IMG/VR virus record: IMGVR_UViG_3300011008_000014
DNA: 55,786 bases
Direction: 5' to 3' (one strand)
From: an uncultured virus (IMG/VR IMGVR_UViG_3300011008_000014)
Lineage: Duplodnaviria; Heunggongvirae; Uroviricota; Caudoviricetes
Positions within the stretch are counted from its first letter, which is position 1; each line of letters starts with the position of its first letter. The position numbers were made by a program, and so were the translations under genes. This document shows positions 1 through 8,894 of this stretch, one piece after another. The notes below the pieces were generated by a model. The model had not been told where the DNA came from. It searched no databases and saw only the letters and a program-made list of their open reading frames with translations.

Positions 1-27
1 TCCTCCCCTGTTTAATTAAATAGTAGT

Positions 28-444
28 ATGGAAGAAGAGAACATTCAGATACCCAATGCGGCCAAGACCGTAAGCAGCGCGCTTCTCGGAATGGATATAA
101 AGGTTGTGCTGGTGAACGATAAAAGGTATGTGTTGAAGCCGCCGACGATAGATAAGTTAGCTGGAGGCGGCTACTGGCTGTCAACATTCGACCGCGAAGG
201 AAAGAACACCATCGACGAAATCATCATGGCAATGACCGACATCGTGCCAGTCTGCAAGGCTTTGTCGTGGATGATACAGGGTGACGAGTCGCTGGAGGAG
301 GAGTTGCGCAAGGGAACACTGGAAGAGAATCTTGTTGCCCTGTGTACTGCCTTTAGCTTGGTGAATACCAAAAATTTTCAGATGCTATCAGCTTTAGCAA
401 GGAACGTCGGAAGACTGATAGCAAAACCAAAACGACAACAGTAG
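28..444 (+). CDS. Tail assembly chaperone (gpG-like)
   Basis: 138 aa acidic ORF upstream of the tape measure region; carries slippery heptamer A AAT TTT (372-378) with an open -1 frame. Confidence 0.65.
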   Translation: MEEENIQIPNAAKTVSSALLGMDIKVVLVNDKRYVLKPPTIDKLAGGGYWLSTFDREGKNTIDEIIMAMTDIVPVCKALSWMIQGDESLEEELRKGTLEENLVALCTAFSLVNTKNFQMLSALARNVGRLIAKPKRQQ

Positions 445-704
445 GCAATGAGTGTCTGCTGGGTCAGATAGCGACGTTCATGGAGAACCTGCACCTGTCA
501 TACGAAGATGTGGTGTATAGGATTCCGTACAGGAACTTGCAGATTATGATGAAGGATAAACTGCATACCATCTATGGCGAGGTTGACCACGAAGTCGATA
601 GTCTTGATGAATACTACAGGCTCATGGGGCGTGAGAACCCGTTCAAGAAGCCGTCGGAAGGTGCGGATGATTCACAATCCGAAATGGTGAAAACAAGCGA
701 ATAA
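372..704 (+). CDS. Chaperone frameshift extension (gpGT-like); -1 frame includes ORF 480..704
   Basis: -1 frame is open from TAG(354-356) to TAA(704) and reads ...TVGNECLLGQIATFMENLHLSY... Confidence 0.6.
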   Translation, partial: KFSDAISFSKERRKTDSKTKTTTVGNECLLGQIATFMENLHLSYEDVVYRIPYRNLQIMMKDKLHTIYGEVDHEVDSLDEYYRLMGRENPFKKPSEGADDSQSEMVKTSE

Positions 705-733
705 ATTTACATTGTGCCTCAGAAATAAAGCGG

Positions 734-741
734 TATATTTG
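734..741 (+). promoter_or_regulatory. Bacteroidetes -7 promoter element (TATATTTG) for antirepressor
   Basis: Matches TAnnTTTG, intergenic, ~115 nt before ATG 857. Confidence 0.65.
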
Positions 742-856
742 CATCAGAAATGAATGATGTGCTGCCGCACGGCACGGAATGACATAGGAAAAGTTTTAGG
801 GGTGGATTCGGGAAGTGCGGTCTCGTTTCTGCCCCGCTTTCGTAAAAAGAAGTAGT

Positions 857-1729
857 ATGGAAGGAAAGAATGAAATTGTGTTGTCAAAAGACAGCAGTAG
901 CGATGAACTAAGGCAGTATTTCAGCAAAATACTGGAACTGGCACGAAGTGGTAAGGATTATCCCGTGAATCTTGATGAGGTTTGGATGCTTGTGTACTCG
1001 GAGCGTGGAAAGGCAGTACGCGCATTGAAGGAGAATTTCATTGAAGGTGAAGATTATACCAGCTTTGCCCAAAATGGCAAAACTGCTACAGGTGGCTACA
1101 AATACACGGTTTACATGCTTTCCACGTCATGCCTTGAATACTTTATCGCCCGTAAGATTCGGGCAATATTTGAGGTGTACCGTACTGTGTTCCATAAGGT
1201 AGCCAGCCGTGAACTATCACGCAAAGAACTTGCTCAAATGGTGCTGGAGGCCGAGGAAGAAAAGGAACGTCTGATGCTGGAGAACAAACAGCAGAATGAA
1301 ACCATCCAGCAGCAGAATATTCAGATTGCGGCCATGTCCGAGGAGATTGTGGAAATGAAGCAAAAGACCGACTATCTTGAAATCATCCTGTCAAGTGTCG
1401 GCTCTGTCACAACGACTCAGATAGCACAGGACTATGGAATGTCGGCAGTTGCATTCAATAAGCAACTGGAGGCGATGCGTATTCAGCGCAAGGTAAACGG
1501 CCAGTGGATTCTCTATGCCCCATACATTTCCGAAGGGTTCATTCTTAGCAAGACAATCAACATTACCCGCTCCGATGGCAGACCCGATACAGTCATGCAC
1601 ACCGAATGGCGACAGAAAGGCCGTCTGTTCCTTTACAATAAATTGAAGGAGATTGGCATCCTGCCTTTGATAGAAAGGATGGCAATTCAGCAAGTTCAGA
1701 ACAGTCAAGAAACAATCGACCAACAATGA
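857..1729 (+). CDS. Phage antirepressor (N-terminal AntA-like DNA-binding region, coiled coil, C-terminal KilAC/ANT domain)
   Basis: YPVNLDEVW..VY and FIEGEDY at N-terminus; TTTQIAQDYGMSA..FNK.L..QW.LY..W.QKGRLFLY at C-terminus; ATG 857 preferred over GTG 815. Confidence 0.85.
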   Translation: MEGKNEIVLSKDSSSDELRQYFSKILELARSGKDYPVNLDEVWMLVYSERGKAVRALKENFIEGEDYTSFAQNGKTATGGYKYTVYMLSTSCLEYFIARKIRAIFEVYRTVFHKVASRELSRKELAQMVLEAEEEKERLMLENKQQNETIQQQNIQIAAMSEEIVEMKQKTDYLEIILSSVGSVTTTQIAQDYGMSAVAFNKQLEAMRIQRKVNGQWILYAPYISEGFILSKTINITRSDGRPDTVMHTEWRQKGRLFLYNKLKEIGILPLIERMAIQQVQNSQETIDQQ

Positions 1730-1954
1730 AGGAGCAGGGTTAATAATTTGTGTTCCAACGACTTGCAGACGCTTAAAAATGGCAAATAACAAGGTAGCAA
1801 CATCAAAACAATAAAGAAACAACAGCGAATCCCCACACCTTATTATATAGGGTGAGGGGTAGTTGAAAACCAGTTTACTTTGGCCTATCTGTTAAAATAA
1901 ACTAAATGACTTTATTTTCTTTGCAAAATGTTTGGCGGTTTCAATTTATTTGCT

Positions 1955-1962
1955 TACCTTTG
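1955..1962 (+). promoter_or_regulatory. Bacteroidetes promoter (-7 TACCTTTG; -33 TTTG at 1931-1934)
   Basis: Consensus elements 20 nt apart, upstream of a small-gene cluster. Confidence 0.8.
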
Positions 1963-2019
1963 CAGTATCAAAACCATTTAGAACAGACGAGCCGACTGAA
2001 CAAACAGGCAACAGACAAC

Positions 2020-2337
2020 ATGGCAACAGCTAAAAGAACTTTCATTCGCAGGGCATATAAAGCCATTCAGAATGCAACCAGCAAGAAGTATTACGATGAG
2101 TGCTGGCAGGGCGTTAAGAACGTCGTGGAGGGCATTCTCAGTGCCGACAGCAGCATAACGATGTATCTTGAAAACGCCGCCTATGAGGGTACGATTGGCG
2201 AAAGTGGCCATTGCAAGGTGTACCGCTATACCATTGCAGGATGTGACAAAGACATCGACATGCAGATTATCGCCTCCTTCTGTGGCACGGTGAAAGACCC
2301 GATGAGTGCATACGACTTGACAGTGTTAATGAACTGA
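2020..2337 (+). CDS. Hypothetical phage protein
   Basis: ATG 2020 (MATAKR) lies downstream of promoter and leader; the track start at 1906 overlaps the promoter. Confidence 0.7.
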   Translation: MATAKRTFIRRAYKAIQNATSKKYYDECWQGVKNVVEGILSADSSITMYLENAAYEGTIGESGHCKVYRYTIAGCDKDIDMQIIASFCGTVKDPMSAYDLTVLMN

Positions 2338-2366
2338 TATATCGAACCATTTAGATATTTACAGCT

Positions 2367-2471
2367 ATGTTTGAATTGTTTCTTATAGGTTGCATTATTG
2401 CAATATGTGTTTCGGGCAGAACGCCCGAAGAGTGGCGTAAGGTTATCAACGAATGCAAGGAGGAGGATTGA
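2367..2471 (+). CDS. Small 34-aa membrane peptide (MFELFLIGCIIAICVSGRTPEEWRKVINECKEED), not in ORF track
   Basis: Fills the intergenic gap, hydrophobic N-terminus, preceded by the AACCATTTAGA leader motif. Confidence 0.55.
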   Translation: MFELFLIGCIIAICVSGRTPEEWRKVINECKEED

Positions 2472-2473
2472 CT

Positions 2474-2809
2474 ATGAAGAATGATGATTGCTTGAAGATG
2501 CTGGGTGAAGAAAAAAGGCGTTATTTGTTGGAAACCGAAGAATCAAGAAAACGGCACAATGCAAATAATCAAAAGATTCTGAACCAGTGGGCGAAAGCCA
2601 ATGCGAGATTCAAGGTTGGTGATATTATACAGTCAAATGACAATATCATCAAGGTCACTGACTTTTATGGTGTGTATTCGCTTTATAATGTGGATAAACT
2701 CTATGTAACGTATCGTGGCATTCTTCTTACAAAGGCTCTGAAACCGCGAAAAGACGGGAGTACGAAGGATTTATATGATGATGGACGCAAGATAATCAAA
2801 TTGGTATAA
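2474..2809 (+). CDS. Hypothetical phage protein
   Basis: Tightly packed co-oriented ORF. Confidence 0.65.
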   Translation: MKNDDCLKMLGEEKRRYLLETEESRKRHNANNQKILNQWAKANARFKVGDIIQSNDNIIKVTDFYGVYSLYNVDKLYVTYRGILLTKALKPRKDGSTKDLYDDGRKIIKLV

Positions 2810-2811
2810 AT

Positions 2812-2976
2812 ATGAAAGATAACGGAAGATGGAGTATCGTTGCACCCATGATGTTGATGTTGTCAATGAAACTGGATGACAGGGGCTATAACGAGGCCGA
2901 ACCCGAACAGAAAGAATCCATCTATGCCGAGTGCGTGGATGAAGTGGCAAACGAAATAGTAGAGATATTCGCATGA
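2812..2976 (+). CDS. Small hypothetical protein (54 aa, not in ORF track)
   Basis: ATG 2 nt after the previous stop; open to TGA 2976. Confidence 0.5.
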   Translation: MKDNGRWSIVAPMMLMLSMKLDDRGYNEAEPEQKESIYAECVDEVANEIVEIFA

Positions 2977-3076
2977 AGTACGGCTATTGTAACGACTGCA
3001 AACTGCGGAATGACTGCCCCGAAAAGACATGCTATCGGGGTAGCCACTACGAAAAAGAAGAAACGGAGGCAGAACC

Positions 3077-3292
3077 ATGACGATATTCTTCAAATGCCCT
3101 AAGTGTGGCAGCACTGATATACGAAATGTCAGAAGCGGAATAGTGGATGCCCATGTCTGCTATGGCTGCGGTCATAAGTGGGGCTATACACCCGACAGAA
3201 AGAGAGTGATGCGTTACAGGTTAATTGTCGTATGCTGGATTCTTTTGCTGATTCTGATTATTGAATATTTTATGATATGGATAAATATGTGA
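3077..3292 (+). CDS. Zinc-ribbon protein with C-terminal TM helix
   Basis: CPKCG...CYGCG plus hydrophobic tail. Confidence 0.6.
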   Translation: MTIFFKCPKCGSTDIRNVRSGIVDAHVCYGCGHKWGYTPDRKRVMRYRLIVVCWILLLILIIEYFMIWINM

Positions 3293-3525
3293 TAATACTG
3301 ATAGACGGGAAGCGGAAGCGGGCAGTGACCGTTGAAGAAAAGTCAGATTACGAAGCCCGAAAGCATTTGGAGGAATTGCTCCTGCATAACCGCTGGAAGC
3401 GTGGCGAACTATACACGAATGACTGTATTTCGCCAGCAATGGAGGATAGTTACCTGTTAGAAGCGTCTGCCGTCAAGAATGGCAGTGAAGTATATTGGAA
3501 GGAATCAAATCTGAAACCGATATGA
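3277..3525 (+). CDS. Hypothetical phage protein
   Basis: Overlapping start/stop packing. Confidence 0.6.
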   Translation: MDKYVIILIDGKRKRAVTVEEKSDYEARKHLEELLLHNRWKRGELYTNDCISPAMEDSYLLEASAVKNGSEVYWKESNLKPI

Positions 3526-3752
3526 CAAAGAATAACGAACAAATCATTATGGCCGTGTTCAGCATAACTTTTGCAATGCTGTGGATTCTGTTTTTCATGC
3601 AGATGGGCGTGATTAAAGAATGCCAGCGTGTGCATGACGGCCAGCAGGAGGTCATTGACAGGCAGCATGTCTTGATTGATTCGCTGATTGTGCGGAATGA
3701 AGTGCTGTGGGATAAACTTATCGAACGAAAATATAAAGGATATGAGCATTAA
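3522..3752 (+). CDS. Small membrane-anchored protein
   Basis: ATGA overlap with previous stop; N-terminal TM segment. Confidence 0.6.
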   Translation: MTKNNEQIIMAVFSITFAMLWILFFMQMGVIKECQRVHDGQQEVIDRQHVLIDSLIVRNEVLWDKLIERKYKGYEH

Positions 3753-4266
3753 AATCGGAGGCAAGCCCTTAGATGAATACATCAAGGAGCAGAAACAGAA
3801 AGGTGAAGTGCTGGAGGATGTGCATGGAACGCAGAACATAGGCGGCTGCATCATCAACTCCTTCAATGGTGGTACTATCTGCGGCACGGGTGATAATTTC
3901 GTGCTGACAAACAATGCCAGTGTGACCATCAACAGAAACGGCAAGAAATATCGCTTGAAGGGCAACCGCATCGAGAAGAAAAACGGCCAATGGTATGTTG
4001 ACGGCAATGCTGTGGACTGGAACGAGTTAGGCGGCAAGTACGAAGATGAGCAGGTAGTCAGCATAGAAATCACTGGCAACGTGCAGAATCTCAACGCTTC
4101 AATGGCTAACGTGGTTGTTCATGGCGACTGCTGGAACGTCAAGACTGGAAGCGGTGATGTGCAGTGTGATAATGCAGTGAACATCTTCACTGGCAGCGGT
4201 GACGTTCATTGTGGGGATGTCGCTGGCATGGTGTCAACTGGCAGTGGTAATGTATATAGAAAATAG
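3742..4266 (+). CDS. Beta-repeat protein (DUF4097/adhesin-like TGSGDV repeats)
   Basis: Repeated (K/F/S)TGSG(D/N)V motifs at the C-terminus. Confidence 0.6.
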   Translation: MSIKIGGKPLDEYIKEQKQKGEVLEDVHGTQNIGGCIINSFNGGTICGTGDNFVLTNNASVTINRNGKKYRLKGNRIEKKNGQWYVDGNAVDWNELGGKYEDEQVVSIEITGNVQNLNASMANVVVHGDCWNVKTGSGDVQCDNAVNIFTGSGDVHCGDVAGMVSTGSGNVYRK

Positions 4267-4269
4267 GAT

Positions 4270-4482
4270 ATGGAAACTTTGCTGTTGTTGAAAAAAGTTG
4301 CCGAGCGGCTGGCGGGTGAGATTGCGGATATTCGCAAGCGTTCATCTGTCAGCCGTCATCCTATGACTAAATACCAGCGTGAGCGTTATCGGAAACTACA
4401 GGAGATAGCCCGTAACATCAACGGTCAGATAGGCCAACTGGAGGCATTGGACGCAAACAAAGAAAAGTATGATGATAATTGA
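4270..4482 (+). CDS. Hypothetical phage protein
   Basis: Packed ORF. Confidence 0.55.
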   Translation: METLLLLKKVAERLAGEIADIRKRSSVSRHPMTKYQRERYRKLQEIARNINGQIGQLEALDANKEKYDDN

Positions 4483-4678
4483 ACGAACAGCAATACAGCA
4501 CGGCATTAAATGTACCGTGAGAAAGGGCAAATCATCAACCCGAATATATCTGAATGATGGTATTGGCTGGGCTGGTGCGGTGATATGTCATGCAGATTCA
4601 TATTGCATGAAGAAAAACAAAATGGGATTCATCAATCATTCGTTACAAAACATGATAGGCAGACATGGAAACAGTTAA
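4469..4678 (+). CDS. Hypothetical phage protein
   Basis: Packed ORF. Confidence 0.55.
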   Translation: MMIIERTAIQHGIKCTVRKGKSSTRIYLNDGIGWAGAVICHADSYCMKKNKMGFINHSLQNMIGRHGNS

Positions 4679-5222
4679 GGATTTGAAAGAACGGCTTGGC
4701 GATAGCCTGTGCGATTATTGCCCGTACACCCGTGGCGAAACGCAACGAAGCCGTATCAGTACATGCGAGGGTGACTGGTGCGACAATGCCCTGCAAGAAT
4801 ACTGCGACGAGAACGGGCTGGAAATTGTAGGCGATAATGTCATATCAGAAACAGACCTGCTGAAAGATGCCATCAAGCACTGCAAAGATGTGGAGAAATC
4901 CTGCAACGGAAACGCCTGCGGACTTGAGCATCATCGTCTGCGTGGCTGGCTGGTTGAACTGCTGAATATCAAACTGCGTGAAGAAAACGATGAAGAAACA
5001 ATTCAAGTGCAGACACTATCGGGTTCATCATACAATTTGACGCGCAACGAAATTTGGGCATTGCATAAGCCAACGGAAAAGAATCCATACGTGGATATTC
5101 AGCTACCCGATGAATGCGAAGATTGTACTAATTGCCATATTAGGGTAGATAGCAAAGAATATGACAGAATAAAGGCTTTTCTAATGAAGAAATTAGAGCG
5201 GTATGAAGTGGTCGATGATTAA
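4665..5222 (+). CDS. Cys-rich hypothetical phage protein
   Basis: CDYC, CEGDWC, CNGNAC, CEDCTNC motifs. Confidence 0.65.
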   Translation: METVKDLKERLGDSLCDYCPYTRGETQRSRISTCEGDWCDNALQEYCDENGLEIVGDNVISETDLLKDAIKHCKDVEKSCNGNACGLEHHRLRGWLVELLNIKLREENDEETIQVQTLSGSSYNLTRNEIWALHKPTEKNPYVDIQLPDECEDCTNCHIRVDSKEYDRIKAFLMKKLERYEVVDD

Positions 5223-5562
5223 ACGTGCTGCGAAGAAGTTCATCCTGCTCGTTCAAGCAACGAGAAAGACGGAAGAGGAGGCCATTGTGAACGCATTTAT
5301 GGCTGGAGTGGCGTGGCATGAAGAAAAGGCATGGGTGCGCGTAAGCGACAGACTGCCCGAAATAGACAGGGAGGTGATAGTGTTCAACACTTTTCCCAAT
5401 GCGAACGGAAAGACTTGTTATCAGCTTTGCTTTGCCCATCGTGTCGATAAGTCGAATAAGATTGTGGTTGACGGCAAGGAGTATGAGCCCGAAGCCTACG
5501 ACAAAGGCGGCTGGAACATCGGCGGTGTTAAGTATTGGCTGGATTTGAAATTACCTTGTTAG
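5203..5562 (+). CDS. DUF551-like phage protein
   Basis: AFMAGVAW...WVRVSDRLPE...VKYW pattern. Confidence 0.65.
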   Translation: MKWSMIKRAAKKFILLVQATRKTEEEAIVNAFMAGVAWHEEKAWVRVSDRLPEIDREVIVFNTFPNANGKTCYQLCFAHRVDKSNKIVVDGKEYEPEAYDKGGWNIGGVKYWLDLKLPC

Positions 5563-5564
5563 AA

Positions 5565-6026
5565 ATGAAAGAAGAAGTAGTAACAACAACCGTATATATT
5601 GCGGAAGATGGCAAGCGTTTTGCAGAAAAGAACGATTGCGAAAAGTATGAGAAAGAAGTGCTGACACTGAAAAAGCATGTTAAGTATTTCAAGGTGCTGT
5701 GCAGTCCCGACCTTACGGAAACAGGATGTATGCAGGGTGCTTTTTTGGTGGCAGTCTATTGCGGGAATCTATGTCATCGTGATGTCGTTGAAAACTGGTG
5801 TGTGAAACAAATGGGTATGGCCATTTTGGGCGAAGGTGTTCAAGGCTATGGATTTCAACGGCATTTCAATATAGTGGAGTCATCAGAAGAAGAGTTTTTG
5901 TTATTCAAAGAAGGTGGCAATATGGGTGGCCGAATCTACATGGATGGCCAAGTGTTTTTGTCACCTGTTGAAGTGGCAGGCTACCCGAAGCCGTTCAACT
6001 ACATGGAAGCGTGGAATTTTAAGTGA
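5565..6026 (+). CDS. Hypothetical phage protein
   Basis: YIAEDGKRF...C.KYE N-terminal motif common in phage ORFs. Confidence 0.7.
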   Translation: MKEEVVTTTVYIAEDGKRFAEKNDCEKYEKEVLTLKKHVKYFKVLCSPDLTETGCMQGAFLVAVYCGNLCHRDVVENWCVKQMGMAILGEGVQGYGFQRHFNIVESSEEEFLLFKEGGNMGGRIYMDGQVFLSPVEVAGYPKPFNYMEAWNFK

Positions 6027-6033
6027 TACTGGT

Positions 6034-6267
6034 ATGAAGAAGCCGATATTGGGTATAAGATGCCACAAGTGCGGGCGTGTGTACTATGGTCATGCACTTG
6101 CCTATGGTGTAGATGCCGATGCCTCTGAGACAATTAAAAAGGCTGTTGCGGAAGGTGATGACCTGTTTATTGAAGATGCTGATTCAATAGTTTTCAAACT
6201 GGAAGCGTGTAAATGTGAAGCCGATGAGTATTTATGTCAATTCAGAAATGAATCCCGATTGGGCTGA
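6034..6267 (+). CDS. Small Cys-containing protein
   Basis: CHKCG...CKC; ATG 6034. Confidence 0.55.
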   Translation: MKKPILGIRCHKCGRVYYGHALAYGVDADASETIKKAVAEGDDLFIEDADSIVFKLEACKCEADEYLCQFRNESRLG

Positions 6268-6439
6268 CGATGAATTGGAGGTACATCCACCATCGGAACA
6301 TGAACGCTGGGGTACTAACGAGAAGGTCGGCGGTATTGATGACGTGGTAAAAGCTGACAATGCCCGTTTCAATGCGCTATGCAAGAAATACGGCTGGAAG
6401 ATGCCGAAGGAAAATAAACCAAAGAAGAAAAGGAGGTAG
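6224..6439 (+). CDS. Hypothetical phage protein
   Basis: Packed ORF with basic C-terminus. Confidence 0.5.
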   Translation: MSIYVNSEMNPDWADDELEVHPPSEHERWGTNEKVGGIDDVVKADNARFNALCKKYGWKMPKENKPKKKRR

Positions 6440-6441
6440 TT

Positions 6442-7392
6442 ATGGATGCAGACAAGTTTACATACCCGAAAAAGGAAGATTTTGCGAATACACCTGCAAA
6501 CATGGTGGAAGCGGAAGAGGATAATAGCAGGCCAAGGATAGGCATTGCCGTAATCATACATCCCAAACTGCTGAAACATCCTCCGTATATCGAAGAGCGG
6601 AAGAGATGGTGTCTTGACTGCATCAAGGCTAATGGGCGATATGATTCTGAAAAGCCCGTGTACTTTGAATTTGAAGGAACTAAATTAAAAGTTTGGCAAT
6701 ACATAGATAATATGAAAAAGTTGAAGCAAATCACGTTCACTGGCATAGACGGGTGGACTGATGTAAGTGAGTTAAATATGATTCAGCGGGAATACCCGAT
6801 GGTCGAGTTTGGTGTGCTGTTGTCTAAGAACTGGCGCGAAAACGGAATGCGATACTATAACCCCGATGCGCTTGGCAGATTGGATTATGAAGGTCTTAAC
6901 TTGTCATGCCATCTGTGCGGCAAGATAGCCCGTGAAGCCGTGCGGAACAACTTTAATCCAGTCATTGACCTTTGCAAAGGTAAATTTGACATCTTCAAGC
7001 GTTGCCAGTTGAATATTGCGGGATATACGAACAACCCCGAAAAACTGGTGCTTGATGTACCCGACACGCTGGAGGAGGTCATCATTCAGCAGAAGTCTGT
7101 TGATGACATCGGTCTGTGGAAAAGCGGACTGCCTAATCCGAAGCTGTCTGTGCTGCTGGATGCGTCGGGCGGCAGGGGCATTGATACGGCTATTCGGGTG
7201 CTTGATACGCCGTTGAAGGTTGGATATGCTGGAGGCATTTCTGTTGAGAATGTGGTCGAGAAAGTGCGCTTTCTTGAAGATTCTCCGCTGGTGCGCCAAT
7301 ACTGGATAGACATGGAAAGCAGCGTCAGAACGAATGACGTTTTCGACGTGGATAAGGTTTGGGATGTGTTGAACAGATTAGATATTAAGTGA
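6442..7392 (+). CDS. TIM-barrel protein, phosphoribosylanthranilate-isomerase-like (domain starts near ATG 6712)
   Basis: ITFTGID, LSCHLCG, LLDASGGRG, GYAGGI..EN, WIDMESSVR resemble TrpF-like barrel motifs. Confidence 0.6.
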   Translation: MDADKFTYPKKEDFANTPANMVEAEEDNSRPRIGIAVIIHPKLLKHPPYIEERKRWCLDCIKANGRYDSEKPVYFEFEGTKLKVWQYIDNMKKLKQITFTGIDGWTDVSELNMIQREYPMVEFGVLLSKNWRENGMRYYNPDALGRLDYEGLNLSCHLCGKIAREAVRNNFNPVIDLCKGKFDIFKRCQLNIAGYTNNPEKLVLDVPDTLEEVIIQQKSVDDIGLWKSGLPNPKLSVLLDASGGRGIDTAIRVLDTPLKVGYAGGISVENVVEKVRFLEDSPLVRQYWIDMESSVRTNDVFDVDKVWDVLNRLDIK

Positions 7393-7631
7393 TTATGGAA
7401 ACAAAACTTGTTAGGACTGTAGCCCCGCCGCTGGGCGTGACTCCAAAATTCGTACTGGAGGAGCGACGATTCAACGAATTGAAGGAAGCCATCGGAAGGT
7501 TCACGGAGGCCAACTGGCCTATACCGAATGAAATCCTGTGGGAGTATAACCACATGGCGGGCAAGCTGCCAAAGGAAAAGGCGAATGAAGATGCCGACGA
7601 TGTGATTAGCAAACTCCGCGATATGAAATAA
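7389..7631 (+). CDS. Hypothetical phage protein
   Basis: PPLGVTPK...EW-type motif; packed ORF. Confidence 0.65.
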   Translation: MIMETKLVRTVAPPLGVTPKFVLEERRFNELKEAIGRFTEANWPIPNEILWEYNHMAGKLPKEKANEDADDVISKLRDMK

Positions 7632-7681
7632 TGGCGAAGCGGTCTGCCAGCAAGTGACCGCAAACAAAAACAATTTCCAAG

Positions 7682-8335
7682 ATGAAGAAAACAATTCTTC
7701 TCGGCCTCTTGCTGGCGATAGTCAGCATTGTGGCCACGGGCTGCTCTTCCTGTCAGTCCGAAAACAAGACACAGGGAGATGATGTCAAAGTTCTTGCGCT
7801 GACCCCCGAAAGGTGCATCAGCAATGACCGCGAGGCCATTTTCCTTCGCACGCCGAAGGATTACACCCTTCTGTGGATGCAGACAGAAATCACGCTAACG
7901 TCATTCCTTACCGATGCAGCCATACAGGATGCAACCATCATGGAGGTGACAAACGGATTTCAGACGCTGCATGAGATGGAAATTGAAGGTCGTAAGGCTA
8001 TAGATACCAAAGTCACGCTGATTACGACAAACACAATGGCGACGGACTCACTGGTGATGCAAACATTCTATCTTGACAACAAACCGCTGAATGACAAGCA
8101 AATCACTCTGACGTTCAAGGATGCAATCGGAAAGGCACTACAGGCGAACTGCCCGAAGCCGCAAACACGAATATGTGTGTTGCGATGCCCTGTCGGGCCT
8201 GTTGGCGTGGAAGATGCCTATTACATGTTCGGTAATGAAGATTTAGGCACACCGATGATATTCGTCAATGCGCGAACAGGTGATGTCACGACCGAAAACC
8301 CAGCATTCACCAAGCCATCGGAAGATGAACAATAG
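7682..8335 (+). CDS. Predicted lipoprotein
   Basis: MKK + hydrophobic stretch + ATGC lipobox. Confidence 0.7.
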   Translation: MKKTILLGLLLAIVSIVATGCSSCQSENKTQGDDVKVLALTPERCISNDREAIFLRTPKDYTLLWMQTEITLTSFLTDAAIQDATIMEVTNGFQTLHEMEIEGRKAIDTKVTLITTNTMATDSLVMQTFYLDNKPLNDKQITLTFKDAIGKALQANCPKPQTRICVLRCPVGPVGVEDAYYMFGNEDLGTPMIFVNARTGDVTTENPAFTKPSEDEQ

Positions 8336-8346
8336 TAATTAACCAG

Positions 8347-8372
8347 CCCCGCTCAGAAATGGGCGGGGATTT
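8347..8372 (+). terminator. Stem-loop CCCCGCTCA-GAAA-TGGGCGGGG
   Basis: 9-bp GC-rich stem just after the lipoprotein stop; weak U tract. Confidence 0.55.
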
Positions 8373-8387
8373 CATTAAAACAATGAT

Positions 8388-8756
8388 ATGGAAAAGGATA
8401 TGAAGATGGCTGCTCAAATGGCCATTGACGAGATAGAACAGCTATTGCCACCGATGGATTATAACGAAGAAACCGAGAACGCTGGCCGACACCATGCACT
8501 GAATGAATATGGGCTGGATTTGTTCAAGGCTGGTGCAAAGTGGGCTTTGGAGATGCTCTGGAGTGACCTAACGGAAGCACCCGAAAAAAGCGACGGTATC
8601 ATTATTCTTGATGACAGGGATGAAATACGCCAGTGCAAGAAGGATGGCAGTTATTATGAAGATAAGAAAGACGGCCTCCCGATGCTCAACGATGAAGTAT
8701 GTAGCTTTATCAGCATTGAATCATTGCATAAGAAACTGACCGAGGGTTTATGGTGA
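8388..8756 (+). CDS. Hypothetical phage protein
   Basis: FKAGAKW motif related to the DUF551-like ORFs in this cluster. Confidence 0.6.
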   Translation: MEKDMKMAAQMAIDEIEQLLPPMDYNEETENAGRHHALNEYGLDLFKAGAKWALEMLWSDLTEAPEKSDGIIILDDRDEIRQCKKDGSYYEDKKDGLPMLNDEVCSFISIESLHKKLTEGLW

Positions 8757-8886
8757 TGGCAGATGAAAATCTGCCATTTGCTATATAAATAAGGTAGAAA
8801 ACGGCTGAAAATGGGCTTAAATTGTTAAATAAAGCAAATAACTTTATTTTTCTACTGAAAAATTTGGTTATATCAATTTTATTGCT

Positions 8887-8894
8887 TAAATTTG
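8887..8894 (+). promoter_or_regulatory. Bacteroidetes promoter (-7 TAAATTTG; -33 TTTG near 8863)
   Basis: Consensus in an AT-rich intergenic region. Confidence 0.8.
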
